A stretch of 64,000 nucleotides of DNA from an uncultured Bacteroidota bacterium (GTDB lineage: Bacteria; Bacteroidota; Bacteroidia; UKL13-3), in the NCBI GenBank assembly GCA_903834625.1, contig CAILJQ010000188.1, forward strand, positions 1,936-65,935. Direction: 5' to 3'. The position numbers were made by a program, and so were the translations under genes. Below, one piece after another: positions 9,763-18,039 of this stretch (positions are counted from its first letter, which is position 1; every line of letters begins with the position of its first letter). The notes under the pieces are model-generated. The model had not been told where the DNA came from and did no database searches. It was given only the letters and a program-made list of their open reading frames with translations.

Positions 9763-10491
9763 ATGTTAGAGAAATGTAGAGGCATTGTATTGCATGTGGT
9801 AAATTATTCAGAAAACAGTGTGGTTCTGAAATGTTATACAGATAAGTTTGGCATGCAGAGTTACATGGTATCTGGGGTAAAAGGAAAGAAATCTTCTATT
9901 AAACCAAGTCACCTTATGCCTTTATCTTTGTTAGAGCTCGAGGTTTATCATCAGCAAAACAAGGGTCTTCAGAGAATCAAGGAGCTTAAAAGTTGGCCTG
10001 TACTTCATACTTTACATTTTCAAATGGAGAAGCAAACCTTAGCCATGTTTGTGAGTGAAGTATTAAGTAAATGTTTGCGTGAGGAAGACCAAAGAGATGA
10101 TAGCTTGTTTTCCTATTTATTTCATACCATTCAGCTACTCGATTTAAGTGAAGGTTCTATGGTGAACTTTCCGAATACTTTTTTGCTGCATCTCAGTAAA
10201 TATTTGGGCTTTTTCCCTAAAGAAAATTACAATGAAACATGCGCTGATTTTTCATTGCAAGAAGGGATTTTCATATCCAATGCGCCACGAACCGCAGATT
10301 ATTGCAAAGGAGAAACTGCCTTAGCATTGGCCAATTTGTGCCAAATGAATTTTGAAGAATCGGGGAATTTGCCCATACCGGCCCCTGTAAGAAGAGATTT
10401 GTTGCAAAAGCTCATAAGGTATTATCAATTGCATTTGATGATGTTTGGAGATTTAAAATCTCCTGCCGTTTTGCATGAAGTTCTCAGTTAA
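9763..10491 (+). CDS. recO: DNA repair protein RecO
   Basis: The N-terminal OB-fold pattern RGIVLHVVNYSENSVVLKCYTDKFGMQSYMV and the 242-aa size are typical of Bacteroidota RecO. Confidence 0.8.
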   Translation: MLEKCRGIVLHVVNYSENSVVLKCYTDKFGMQSYMVSGVKGKKSSIKPSHLMPLSLLELEVYHQQNKGLQRIKELKSWPVLHTLHFQMEKQTLAMFVSEVLSKCLREEDQRDDSLFSYLFHTIQLLDLSEGSMVNFPNTFLLHLSKYLGFFPKENYNETCADFSLQEGIFISNAPRTADYCKGETALALANLCQMNFEESGNLPIPAPVRRDLLQKLIRYYQLHLMMFGDLKSPAVLHEVLS

Positions 10492-10535
10492 TATGCCCTA
10501 AATGTATTTACTTTGAGGTATTGAATTACACACAC

Positions 10536-11450
10536 ATGAATCGCATTTATTTTTTGCTCGTTATTGTTCTTGGCTCCTTAAACTTTGCCATAGGACAAGT
10601 GGTGGTAAAAAGTCCCTATTTAAAGGGTACAATCTACCGTTATGAGAAAGTGAAATGTAGGTTTCTTGAACCAAGGAATATTGATGTATGGGTGCCTGCA
10701 AATTTTGATTCATCGGGCAAAACAAGGTATTCGGTTTTATACATGCATGATGGACAGAATTTATTTCTCCCAGGAAATTCTTTTGGTGGAATGGAATGGG
10801 GTATTGATGAAACCATGGATAGCCTATTAAGACTTGGATTGATAAAGAATACTATAGTGGTAGGTATCTGGAATTCTCCTAAGCGATTTATTGAATACAA
10901 TCCTACAGATGCTTTTCTTAAATTAGATTCTTTAACCAAACAAAAGATCATGCAAGAGCGCGGCGGATCGTCTTTGGCAAACCAATATCTTGCTTTTGTT
11001 TTTGAAGATTTGAAGCCAATGATAGATTCCGTTTTTCCTACCAAACCCGAAATGAAAAATACCTTTATGATGGGTTCAAGCATGGGAGGACTTATTTCGT
11101 TATATGCTTTGTGCAAATACTCTGACCAACTGAAAGGTGTTGGGTGTTTATCTACGCATTGGCCTTTGAGTTTAAAGGAGAATAATAGGGTGGTAGCTAA
11201 AGCCTATGCCGATTATTTTGCCACAAGGTTGCCAAATCCCAAACAGCATAAATTATATTTTGATAGAGGAACCGAAACCCTAGATGCCTGGTATGAACAG
11301 CACCAATTATACATGGATGAATTGTGTAGAGAGAGTGGATATGAAACGCCAAAGGACTTTATGACCTTGGTATTTAAAGGTGATCCGCATAATGAGGTTG
11401 CCTGGCGAAAAAGAGCAGCAATTCCTCTGTTATTTCTGTTACAACCTTAA
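10536..11450 (+). CDS. Secreted alpha/beta-hydrolase (esterase D / enterochelin-esterase-like)
   Basis: Signal peptide, VLYMHDGQN motif and GSSMGG nucleophile elbow (GxSxG). The ATG at 10536 is preferred over the TTG at 10521. Confidence 0.7.
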   Translation: MNRIYFLLVIVLGSLNFAIGQVVVKSPYLKGTIYRYEKVKCRFLEPRNIDVWVPANFDSSGKTRYSVLYMHDGQNLFLPGNSFGGMEWGIDETMDSLLRLGLIKNTIVVGIWNSPKRFIEYNPTDAFLKLDSLTKQKIMQERGGSSLANQYLAFVFEDLKPMIDSVFPTKPEMKNTFMMGSSMGGLISLYALCKYSDQLKGVGCLSTHWPLSLKENNRVVAKAYADYFATRLPNPKQHKLYFDRGTETLDAWYEQHQLYMDELCRESGYETPKDFMTLVFKGDPHNEVAWRKRAAIPLLFLLQP

Positions 11451-11459
11451 TATTTAGGT

Positions 11460-11897
11460 ATGAGGGTAACTTTATTTTTTGTGCTCTTTTTTGGTTTGGT
11501 GGCTTGCACCCATCCACCCTTTAGTGTCAATTATCGCGATAAGAATGATAAGCTTCAAGGAAAGTGGCGGGTTACCTACCCAGGCAAGAAACAGTTGTAT
11601 TATAAAGTTAGATATAAGAATTCGATGCCTGTTGGGAAGATGAAATATTTTTATCCAGATGGGAGCTTGTATCGTTTAGAAAATTATAGAGATCCTGCTC
11701 ATGTAAAAACTACTTTTTATTATCCCAACGGAAAAGTAGAACTCACCGGTGAAGCTTCCCTCACACAACATGGAGATACTTCAACTTATCAATGGAACGG
11801 ACCGTGGCAGAAGTATGATACTTTAGGCAACCACGTAGAAGAACAAACCTATCTACGTGGTAACCTAATATGGGTAAGGAAAATAAAACCTGATTAA
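11460..11897 (+). CDS. Lipoprotein with MORN/YwqK-like repeats
   Basis: Lipobox LVAC. Repeated G-x-W/Y...Y-x-NG-like units (KYFYPDGSLY, TFYYPNGKVE). Confidence 0.45.
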   Translation: MRVTLFFVLFFGLVACTHPPFSVNYRDKNDKLQGKWRVTYPGKKQLYYKVRYKNSMPVGKMKYFYPDGSLYRLENYRDPAHVKTTFYYPNGKVELTGEASLTQHGDTSTYQWNGPWQKYDTLGNHVEEQTYLRGNLIWVRKIKPD

Positions 11898-13486
11898 TAT
11901 TTAGTTAACTTTTCACGCATTTTACGCGCGTTACCGGCTGAGTAGCCAAAGTATATAACCAATCCAAATAATAGCCAAATAAGTGCACTTACCAATGTAG
12001 GCACAGGCAAACTTACAATCATCGCTCCGCAAACAATCATCCCTAAAATTGGAACCAATGGAACCAATGGTGTTTTGAATGGGCGAGCCAAATCTGGTTC
12101 TTTTTTGCGCATGATTATGATTCCTAGACAAACCAATACAAAGGCAAATAAAGTTCCGAAGCTAGTTAAATCACCTGCTACACTCCCTGGAACAAAGGCC
12201 GCGAAAGCTCCAACGAATCCTAATAAAATCCAATTGGCTTTATAAGGGGTTTTGAATTTAGGATGTAATTCTTGAAATGCTTTTGGTAACAAGCCATCTT
12301 TACTCATGCTATAAAATACCCTACTCTGACCCATTAACATAACCAAAATTACAGAAGAGAAACCAGCCAAAATAGCAACGGTAACACTTGTTCCAAGCCA
12401 TTCATATCCTTTCATGTAGTTTTGAATAGCGTATGTAACAGATGCCTCTTTACCCGCTGTTTTAAACTCTTGCCAATTGGCCACACCCGTTAAAACATGT
12501 CCGAATAGAATGTATAAAATGGTACAAATAACCAAGGAACCTAAAATACCAATAGGCATATCTCTCGCTGGATTTTTAGCCTCTTGAGCTGCAGTGCTCA
12601 CAGCATCAAAACCAATAAAGGCAAAGAATACAATGGCTGCACCTCCAAGAACACCACCCCAGCCATGTTTGAAGAATCCTTCATGACCAATGGTATCGGC
12701 CGGAATCATGAATGGTTCGTGGTTAGCTGGGTTGATATACTGCCAGCCAATTGCGATAAAAAGTAAAACAATGGCCACCTTTACAAATACAATAACTGCA
12801 TTTACCATGGCCGATTCTTGTGTACCTTTAATCAATAACAATGTTAAAGCAAATAAGATAACCAAAGCAGGAGCATTGATAAATCCATGTGTTACTTGAA
12901 CCAATGAAAGTAGGTTTTCTGGGATGGCTTTATACACTTCATCAGAGATAATCAATTGACCATTTTTTACATGGTGAAGGAGTTCTTTATTGAGAGGCAA
13001 AATTTGGTCGATATTGGCTTGGCCAATTACTACTTTAAAACTTTCGAATGGAGAGTGGCACCATTCATAAGGTATTTTTCCGCCAAGTAAATTATTGAGG
13101 TATTCGCTCCAAGCAATTGAAACGGTTGCAGCACCCAGTGCATATTCCATAATTAATGCCCAACCAATGATCCATGCCATAAGTTCGCCCATGGTAACAT
13201 AAGAATAAGCATAAGCACTGCCAGCAATAGGAATCATGGCAGCAAACTCTGCATAACAAATTCCTGCAAAAGCACAACCAATGGCTGCAATAACAAAACT
13301 CATGGTAACAGCTGCTCCAGCTGCTTCTGCAGATGCTGCTGCGGTTCTAACAAATAAACCCGCTCCAATAATAGCTCCAACGCCCAAGGCAACTAAGTTA
13401 ACTGCCGTGAGGGTTCTTTTTAATTGCGACCCATCATGGTGTTTGAGTAGGTCTTGTAATGATTTGGTATAAAAGAAACTTGACAT
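11894..13486 (-). CDS. APC-superfamily amino acid permease (cationic amino acid transporter-like)
   Basis: At least 12 TM helices and the N-terminal LKRTLTAVNLVALGVGAIIGAGLFV signature. Start taken at the CAT at 13484-13486. Confidence 0.8.
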   Translation of the reverse strand: MSSFFYTKSLQDLLKHHDGSQLKRTLTAVNLVALGVGAIIGAGLFVRTAAASAEAAGAAVTMSFVIAAIGCAFAGICYAEFAAMIPIAGSAYAYSYVTMGELMAWIIGWALIMEYALGAATVSIAWSEYLNNLLGGKIPYEWCHSPFESFKVVIGQANIDQILPLNKELLHHVKNGQLIISDEVYKAIPENLLSLVQVTHGFINAPALVILFALTLLLIKGTQESAMVNAVIVFVKVAIVLLFIAIGWQYINPANHEPFMIPADTIGHEGFFKHGWGGVLGGAAIVFFAFIGFDAVSTAAQEAKNPARDMPIGILGSLVICTILYILFGHVLTGVANWQEFKTAGKEASVTYAIQNYMKGYEWLGTSVTVAILAGFSSVILVMLMGQSRVFYSMSKDGLLPKAFQELHPKFKTPYKANWILLGFVGAFAAFVPGSVAGDLTSFGTLFAFVLVCLGIIIMRKKEPDLARPFKTPLVPLVPILGMIVCGAMIVSLPVPTLVSALIWLLFGLVIYFGYSAGNARKMREKLTKY

Positions 13487-13524
13487 AAATAAGTATTGCT
13501 TATGAATGGCAATATAAGGAAAAT

Positions 13525-13579
13525 AATGAAGCAAGAAAGTTGTGTTTTTTTTCGTTTTTCACTTCCTCCTTGCTTCATT
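13525..13579 (-). other. 11-bp inverted repeat between the PKD-repeat gene and the permease gene (possible terminator or leader structure)
   Basis: AATGAAGCAAG (13525-13535) pairs with CTTGCTTCATT (13569-13579). The loop is 33 nt and A/T-rich. T/A runs flank both sides. Confidence 0.3.
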
Positions 13580-13626
13580 TTTTTAAAGCAGTAACTATTT
13601 ATTTGTTTAAAATGCGGCGCAGCTGC

Positions 13627-15729
13627 TTATTTAACAATCTTTCTATTGAGCACTTTTCCGTCTTTTTCTATTTGTAAAATGTACAACCCTTTTGGCAGTT
13701 CGCTTAAATCTATTTGCATACTTTGATTGCCTTTGTGGGTTTGGATATTACCTTGAACCAAAAGCTTTCCACTCAAATTATATACGTATACATTGGTTAA
13801 TCCAGCAACTTGTAGGTTTAAATCAATGGTTAACCATTCTGTTACGGGTACAGGATATATTTTTACCTCCATTCCTTCAAATTGGTTCAGACCGTTAGCT
13901 AAATTAACCTGAACCGAATCACAACGCATAGCAGAGCAAGAGTCGGTTTCATTGAGTATGTTCAAGCAAACATAATAGTTGCCAGATGCGCCATAAGCGT
14001 GTGAGGTATTGGCCCCTGTTGCAGTGCTGCCATCACCAAAATTCCAAGTGCTACTCACATTGTTTCCAGAGAAACTATTAAAGGTAAAATTGGCAGGATT
14101 GGTTGGGTCAGCTATACTTTCAAAATCTGCTGCACAGGTTTGATTGCCCATGATAACTCCAGGGAAAAGAATGCTTACACAAAAAACGCTGTAACAATTG
14201 GTGTCTACACTGCTAGTAACATACAAACAGGCAGTATGTAATCCAGGAGTTAAAAAGGTGTGTTCTGCATTGGTTGATGTTTTGGTATTTCCACCATCAA
14301 ACTCCCATCTGTAAATTAAATTTGAGCCAGATGAACGGTTCACAAATCGATAAGTTCCGCTTAGTCCAACTCTGGCATATTCAAATACTGCCACGCATGG
14401 TGTAGGAGCAGTTGCGCCTGTAGTAAAGGTTCTGCAAGTAGTACTACGACATAATGTGTCTGAACCAGAAATTTTATAAATAGTTAAACAAACTGTTTTA
14501 GAACCCAATGTGCTGAAGTAATGAATAGGACTGCAATTGTCGGAGCTAGTGCCATCTCCAAAGGTATAAATACAGCGAGTATATGTTCCTGTTGAGGTAT
14601 TGCTAAACCTAACATAGTGTGGGTTCGAACCGATACTATCTGATTTAATTACATTAAAAGAAGCATTACATGCAGTAGTACCACCAATTACAATCGTTTG
14701 ACAAGTGGTTTGACTGCAGGTAGAATCCAAATTGGTAACAGTTAAGCAAACAGTATAAGTTCCGTTTGTAGCATAGGTATGCGTTTGGAACCTACCCACA
14801 CCTGTAGTACCATCACCAAAAGTATATCTGTATATTAAATTCGAGTTGTTGGTAGAGGCTTCAAAAGAAAATGTTCTAGGTACACTGTTGCTCATCATTT
14901 TACTGAAGTTGGCATTACATGGAGTTTCTCCCACCATTATACTGTCACATTTAGTTTGGGTACAACTAGAATCCTTCTTGGTTATTTTTAAACAAACTTT
15001 GTATTTACCACTTGATGCATAGGTGTGAAATGTATTGCGACCGTCGCTACTTGTTCCATCGCCAAATGTCCATAAGTATCTATAATTTGTATCATTTACC
15101 GCTGGTATGAAATATGCTTTTTTTGCATTAGATGGATCTGGTGTTTTGCTCCAACTGGCATTGCAAACAGGAGCTTCAATTTTTAATGTATCACATTTTT
15201 GATATGTACAACTTGAGTCTTTTTTGGTAACTCTTAAACATACATTGTATTTTGTGTAGGCTGCAAAAACATGACTGCTTACGCGGTTATTTGAAGATGT
15301 GCCATCACCAAATGTGTACAGATAATGATAATTGGTATCATTTAATACGGCTTCGAAAGTGTATTTCTTAGGAATTAAGGGGTCCTTCACACGACTGTGC
15401 ATTGCATTGCAAGGGGTACTTGTTGGTGCTATGTATATAGTATCACAAAAACTGCTGGTACAACTCGAATCTGTTTTTATAATGGTTAAACAAACTAAAT
15501 AGAAACCAGCAGAATTAAATGTTTTGGTTGGGTTCATAGCATCTGAACCTGTTCCATTTCCAAACGACCAATAAGAAGTAAATGGACTGCCCGTAGAGGT
15601 ATTTGTAAAGGAAACTGTTTTGGTAGCATTGTTCACCGTAGCGGTAAACGAAGCCACACAGGCAACTTGCGCTTTAGATGAAAAACTTAAAAGAAATAGA
15701 ACGGTTAGGAGAGTGTATATTTTTTTCAT
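13627..15729 (-). CDS. Secreted protein with seven Cys-rich PKD-like repeats and a T9SS type-A C-terminal sorting domain
   Basis: Signal peptide MKKIYTLLTVLFLLSFSSKAQ. Seven ~90-aa modules each contain (F/W)xFG(D/N)G(T/S) and a CL...DSSC...C pattern. The C-terminus is IYPVPVTEWLTIDL...LPKGLYILQIEKDGKVLNRKIVK. Confidence 0.8.
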   Translation of the reverse strand: MKKIYTLLTVLFLLSFSSKAQVACVASFTATVNNATKTVSFTNTSTGSPFTSYWSFGNGTGSDAMNPTKTFNSAGFYLVCLTIIKTDSSCTSSFCDTIYIAPTSTPCNAMHSRVKDPLIPKKYTFEAVLNDTNYHYLYTFGDGTSSNNRVSSHVFAAYTKYNVCLRVTKKDSSCTYQKCDTLKIEAPVCNASWSKTPDPSNAKKAYFIPAVNDTNYRYLWTFGDGTSSDGRNTFHTYASSGKYKVCLKITKKDSSCTQTKCDSIMVGETPCNANFSKMMSNSVPRTFSFEASTNNSNLIYRYTFGDGTTGVGRFQTHTYATNGTYTVCLTVTNLDSTCSQTTCQTIVIGGTTACNASFNVIKSDSIGSNPHYVRFSNTSTGTYTRCIYTFGDGTSSDNCSPIHYFSTLGSKTVCLTIYKISGSDTLCRSTTCRTFTTGATAPTPCVAVFEYARVGLSGTYRFVNRSSGSNLIYRWEFDGGNTKTSTNAEHTFLTPGLHTACLYVTSSVDTNCYSVFCVSILFPGVIMGNQTCAADFESIADPTNPANFTFNSFSGNNVSSTWNFGDGSTATGANTSHAYGASGNYYVCLNILNETDSCSAMRCDSVQVNLANGLNQFEGMEVKIYPVPVTEWLTIDLNLQVAGLTNVYVYNLSGKLLVQGNIQTHKGNQSMQIDLSELPKGLYILQIEKDGKVLNRKIVK

Positions 15730-15831
15730 AATGCCGTGATTTAGATTTGAGTAGATCCAAAATTTGACACAGCAAGTTAGCTCAAAAAATGACAATAATG
15801 TAAATGAAAACTTAATATCTTCTTAAATCTC

Positions 15832-18039
15832 CTATTCAACAAAGTCCTCTTTTTCTGTTTGTCCAGCAGAGAATTTTTCGCAATCGAGTTCAATGCTCAG
15901 CGGACTTTGTGGAGGAATCCATTCGTTTACGATGGGCAATAAATTGGGTGTTGCACATACTTTCTGCATATAAGTGGCCCAAATAGGCATTGCCATTGCC
16001 GAGCCTGAACCTAAATCCATCGACCTAAAATGAATGGCACGATCTTCCCAGCCAACCCAACAGCCAGAAACAAGGGTAGGGGTGATACCAATGAACCATC
16101 CATCACTGTAATTTTGGGTTGTACCTGTTTTACCTCCAACCGCTCCAGGAATTTTATACAAATACTTTACTTTGGCAGCTGTACCATTTGTTGTAGTTTT
16201 TTCAAGCATCTTACACATCACATAGGCTGTTTGTTCACTCAGCGCTTCTTGGGTTACAGGAAGGTTTTCAAATATTACATTTCCATTTTTATCTAAGATG
16301 CGTGTGAGGTAGGTAGGTTTTATCCAAACGCCTTTATTTGCAAATGTAGAGAAGGCACCTACCATCTCGTAAACAGAAATATCTGCAGTACCTAGTGCAG
16401 AAGAAGGATAGGGCTCAATTTTGCTGGTAACACCCATTTTATGTGCCAATTCAATTACATTCTTCATACCACCTTCACCCAATAATTTGAGTACATTCAA
16501 GCAAACCAAGTTCATTGAGAATTGTAAACCTCTGTACATGGTCATTTCAGGTGTACTGAATTTATCGTCTGCATTATCTGGATTGTAATCTGGGTAACCC
16601 TCAAAGCTCACCGGTTTATTTGGAATAATGGTACAAGGAGAAAAGCCATTATCAACTGCCACCGTATAAACAAAAGGTTTAAAGGTTGAACCAACTTGCC
16701 TTTTAGCCGTAATGTTCACATGGTCGTATTTAAAATATTTATAATTATGTCCGCCAACCCAAGCCTTTATTTTTCCTGTTTGAGGATCCATACTCATGAA
16801 GCCACATTGCATAAAATACTTGTAGTATTTGATGCTATCCATTGGAGTCATTGTGGTATCAATCTCTCCACGGGTATAACTGAATACACGCATTTTTACT
16901 GGCGTATTAAATTCCTTTTGTATTTCACTTTCTTTTTTGCCTAGTTCTTTGGCAATTCGGTACCTATCACTTCTTTTCATTCCAGAAACCAGCACTTCTT
17001 TAAAGGCTCCCCAAGGTTCTCTTCCTTTCCAATGGGCAAAGAATTTTTTCTGTTGGTCTTTTAATTGTTCCTCAACTGTTTGTTCTGCCATTTGCTGCAT
17101 GGTAGGATTGATGGTGGTATAAATTTTTAATCCATCCTTATAAAGATTGTATCCATTTTCCTCGCACCAGTTAAGGAGTTCCATACGCAAGGTTTCTCTG
17201 AAATAGGTTGCTAATCCTTCGTTGTGACTTTCCTCTTGGAAGTTGAGAACAATGGGTTCAGACTTTAAAATATCAAAAGAATCGCTGGTGATATAACCGG
17301 CTTTTTCCATTTGTTTTAATACAGTATTACGTCTGTTTAGAGCATTGGCAGGTTTACTGATTGGAGAATATCTGGTTGGTGCTTTTAGCATTCCCACAAG
17401 CACGGCCGCTTCTTTCACATTGAGATCGCGCGGAGATTTTCCAAAAAATGTTTTTGCAGCACTTCTAATACCAAATGAATTACTTCCAAACTCTACGGTG
17501 TTAAAGTACATGGTCATAATTTCATCTTTGGTATAACGCTGTTCAATAAGCACCGCAGTTATCCATTCTTGCAATTTGGTTTTGGTTTTTTGAACCACGT
17601 TATTGAAACGTTTACGTGGATATAAATTTTTAGCAAGCTGCTGTGAAATGGTACTCCCTCCTTGGTGTTTGCCCAATAGGTTATAAATAACAATGGTAAA
17701 AAGCCTGCTATTATCAATTCCGCTGTGCTCATAAAATCGAATATCTTCTGTGGCAATAAGGGCATTAATTAAGTTTGGACTTAACTCCTCATAACTGGCA
17801 TTACTTCTGTTTTGAAGGTAGTACTTACCTAAAAGCGTATTGTCTTCTGCATATATTTCACTGGCCAATTGGGTTGTAGGATTCTCAAGTTCTTCAATAG
17901 GTGGTAATTGTCCGAACCAACCCATTGCTACGGCAGCAACCAAAAATGCCAAAAGGGTCAATCCACCAAAGGCCATTACCCAAATCCATTTAATAAATTT
18001 CCAATACGGACTTTTTGTAAAATATTCTTTTAGGCTCAT
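15832..18039 (-). CDS. mrcA: Bifunctional penicillin-binding protein 1A (GT51 transglycosylase + transpeptidase)
   Basis: ATEDIRFYEHSGID and GGSTISQQLAKN (GT51 motifs). STFKPF (SxxK). N-terminal membrane anchor. Confidence 0.9.
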   Translation of the reverse strand: MSLKEYFTKSPYWKFIKWIWVMAFGGLTLLAFLVAAVAMGWFGQLPPIEELENPTTQLASEIYAEDNTLLGKYYLQNRSNASYEELSPNLINALIATEDIRFYEHSGIDNSRLFTIVIYNLLGKHQGGSTISQQLAKNLYPRKRFNNVVQKTKTKLQEWITAVLIEQRYTKDEIMTMYFNTVEFGSNSFGIRSAAKTFFGKSPRDLNVKEAAVLVGMLKAPTRYSPISKPANALNRRNTVLKQMEKAGYITSDSFDILKSEPIVLNFQEESHNEGLATYFRETLRMELLNWCEENGYNLYKDGLKIYTTINPTMQQMAEQTVEEQLKDQQKKFFAHWKGREPWGAFKEVLVSGMKRSDRYRIAKELGKKESEIQKEFNTPVKMRVFSYTRGEIDTTMTPMDSIKYYKYFMQCGFMSMDPQTGKIKAWVGGHNYKYFKYDHVNITAKRQVGSTFKPFVYTVAVDNGFSPCTIIPNKPVSFEGYPDYNPDNADDKFSTPEMTMYRGLQFSMNLVCLNVLKLLGEGGMKNVIELAHKMGVTSKIEPYPSSALGTADISVYEMVGAFSTFANKGVWIKPTYLTRILDKNGNVIFENLPVTQEALSEQTAYVMCKMLEKTTTNGTAAKVKYLYKIPGAVGGKTGTTQNYSDGWFIGITPTLVSGCWVGWEDRAIHFRSMDLGSGSAMAMPIWATYMQKVCATPNLLPIVNEWIPPQSPLSIELDCEKFSAGQTEKEDFVE

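Noticed and set aside
11460-11897. The YwqK-like protein might mark a toxin-antitoxin module
   Set aside because: It is a lipoprotein with MORN-like repeats. No adjacent toxin-like gene is present; the neighbours are an esterase and an amino-acid permease.
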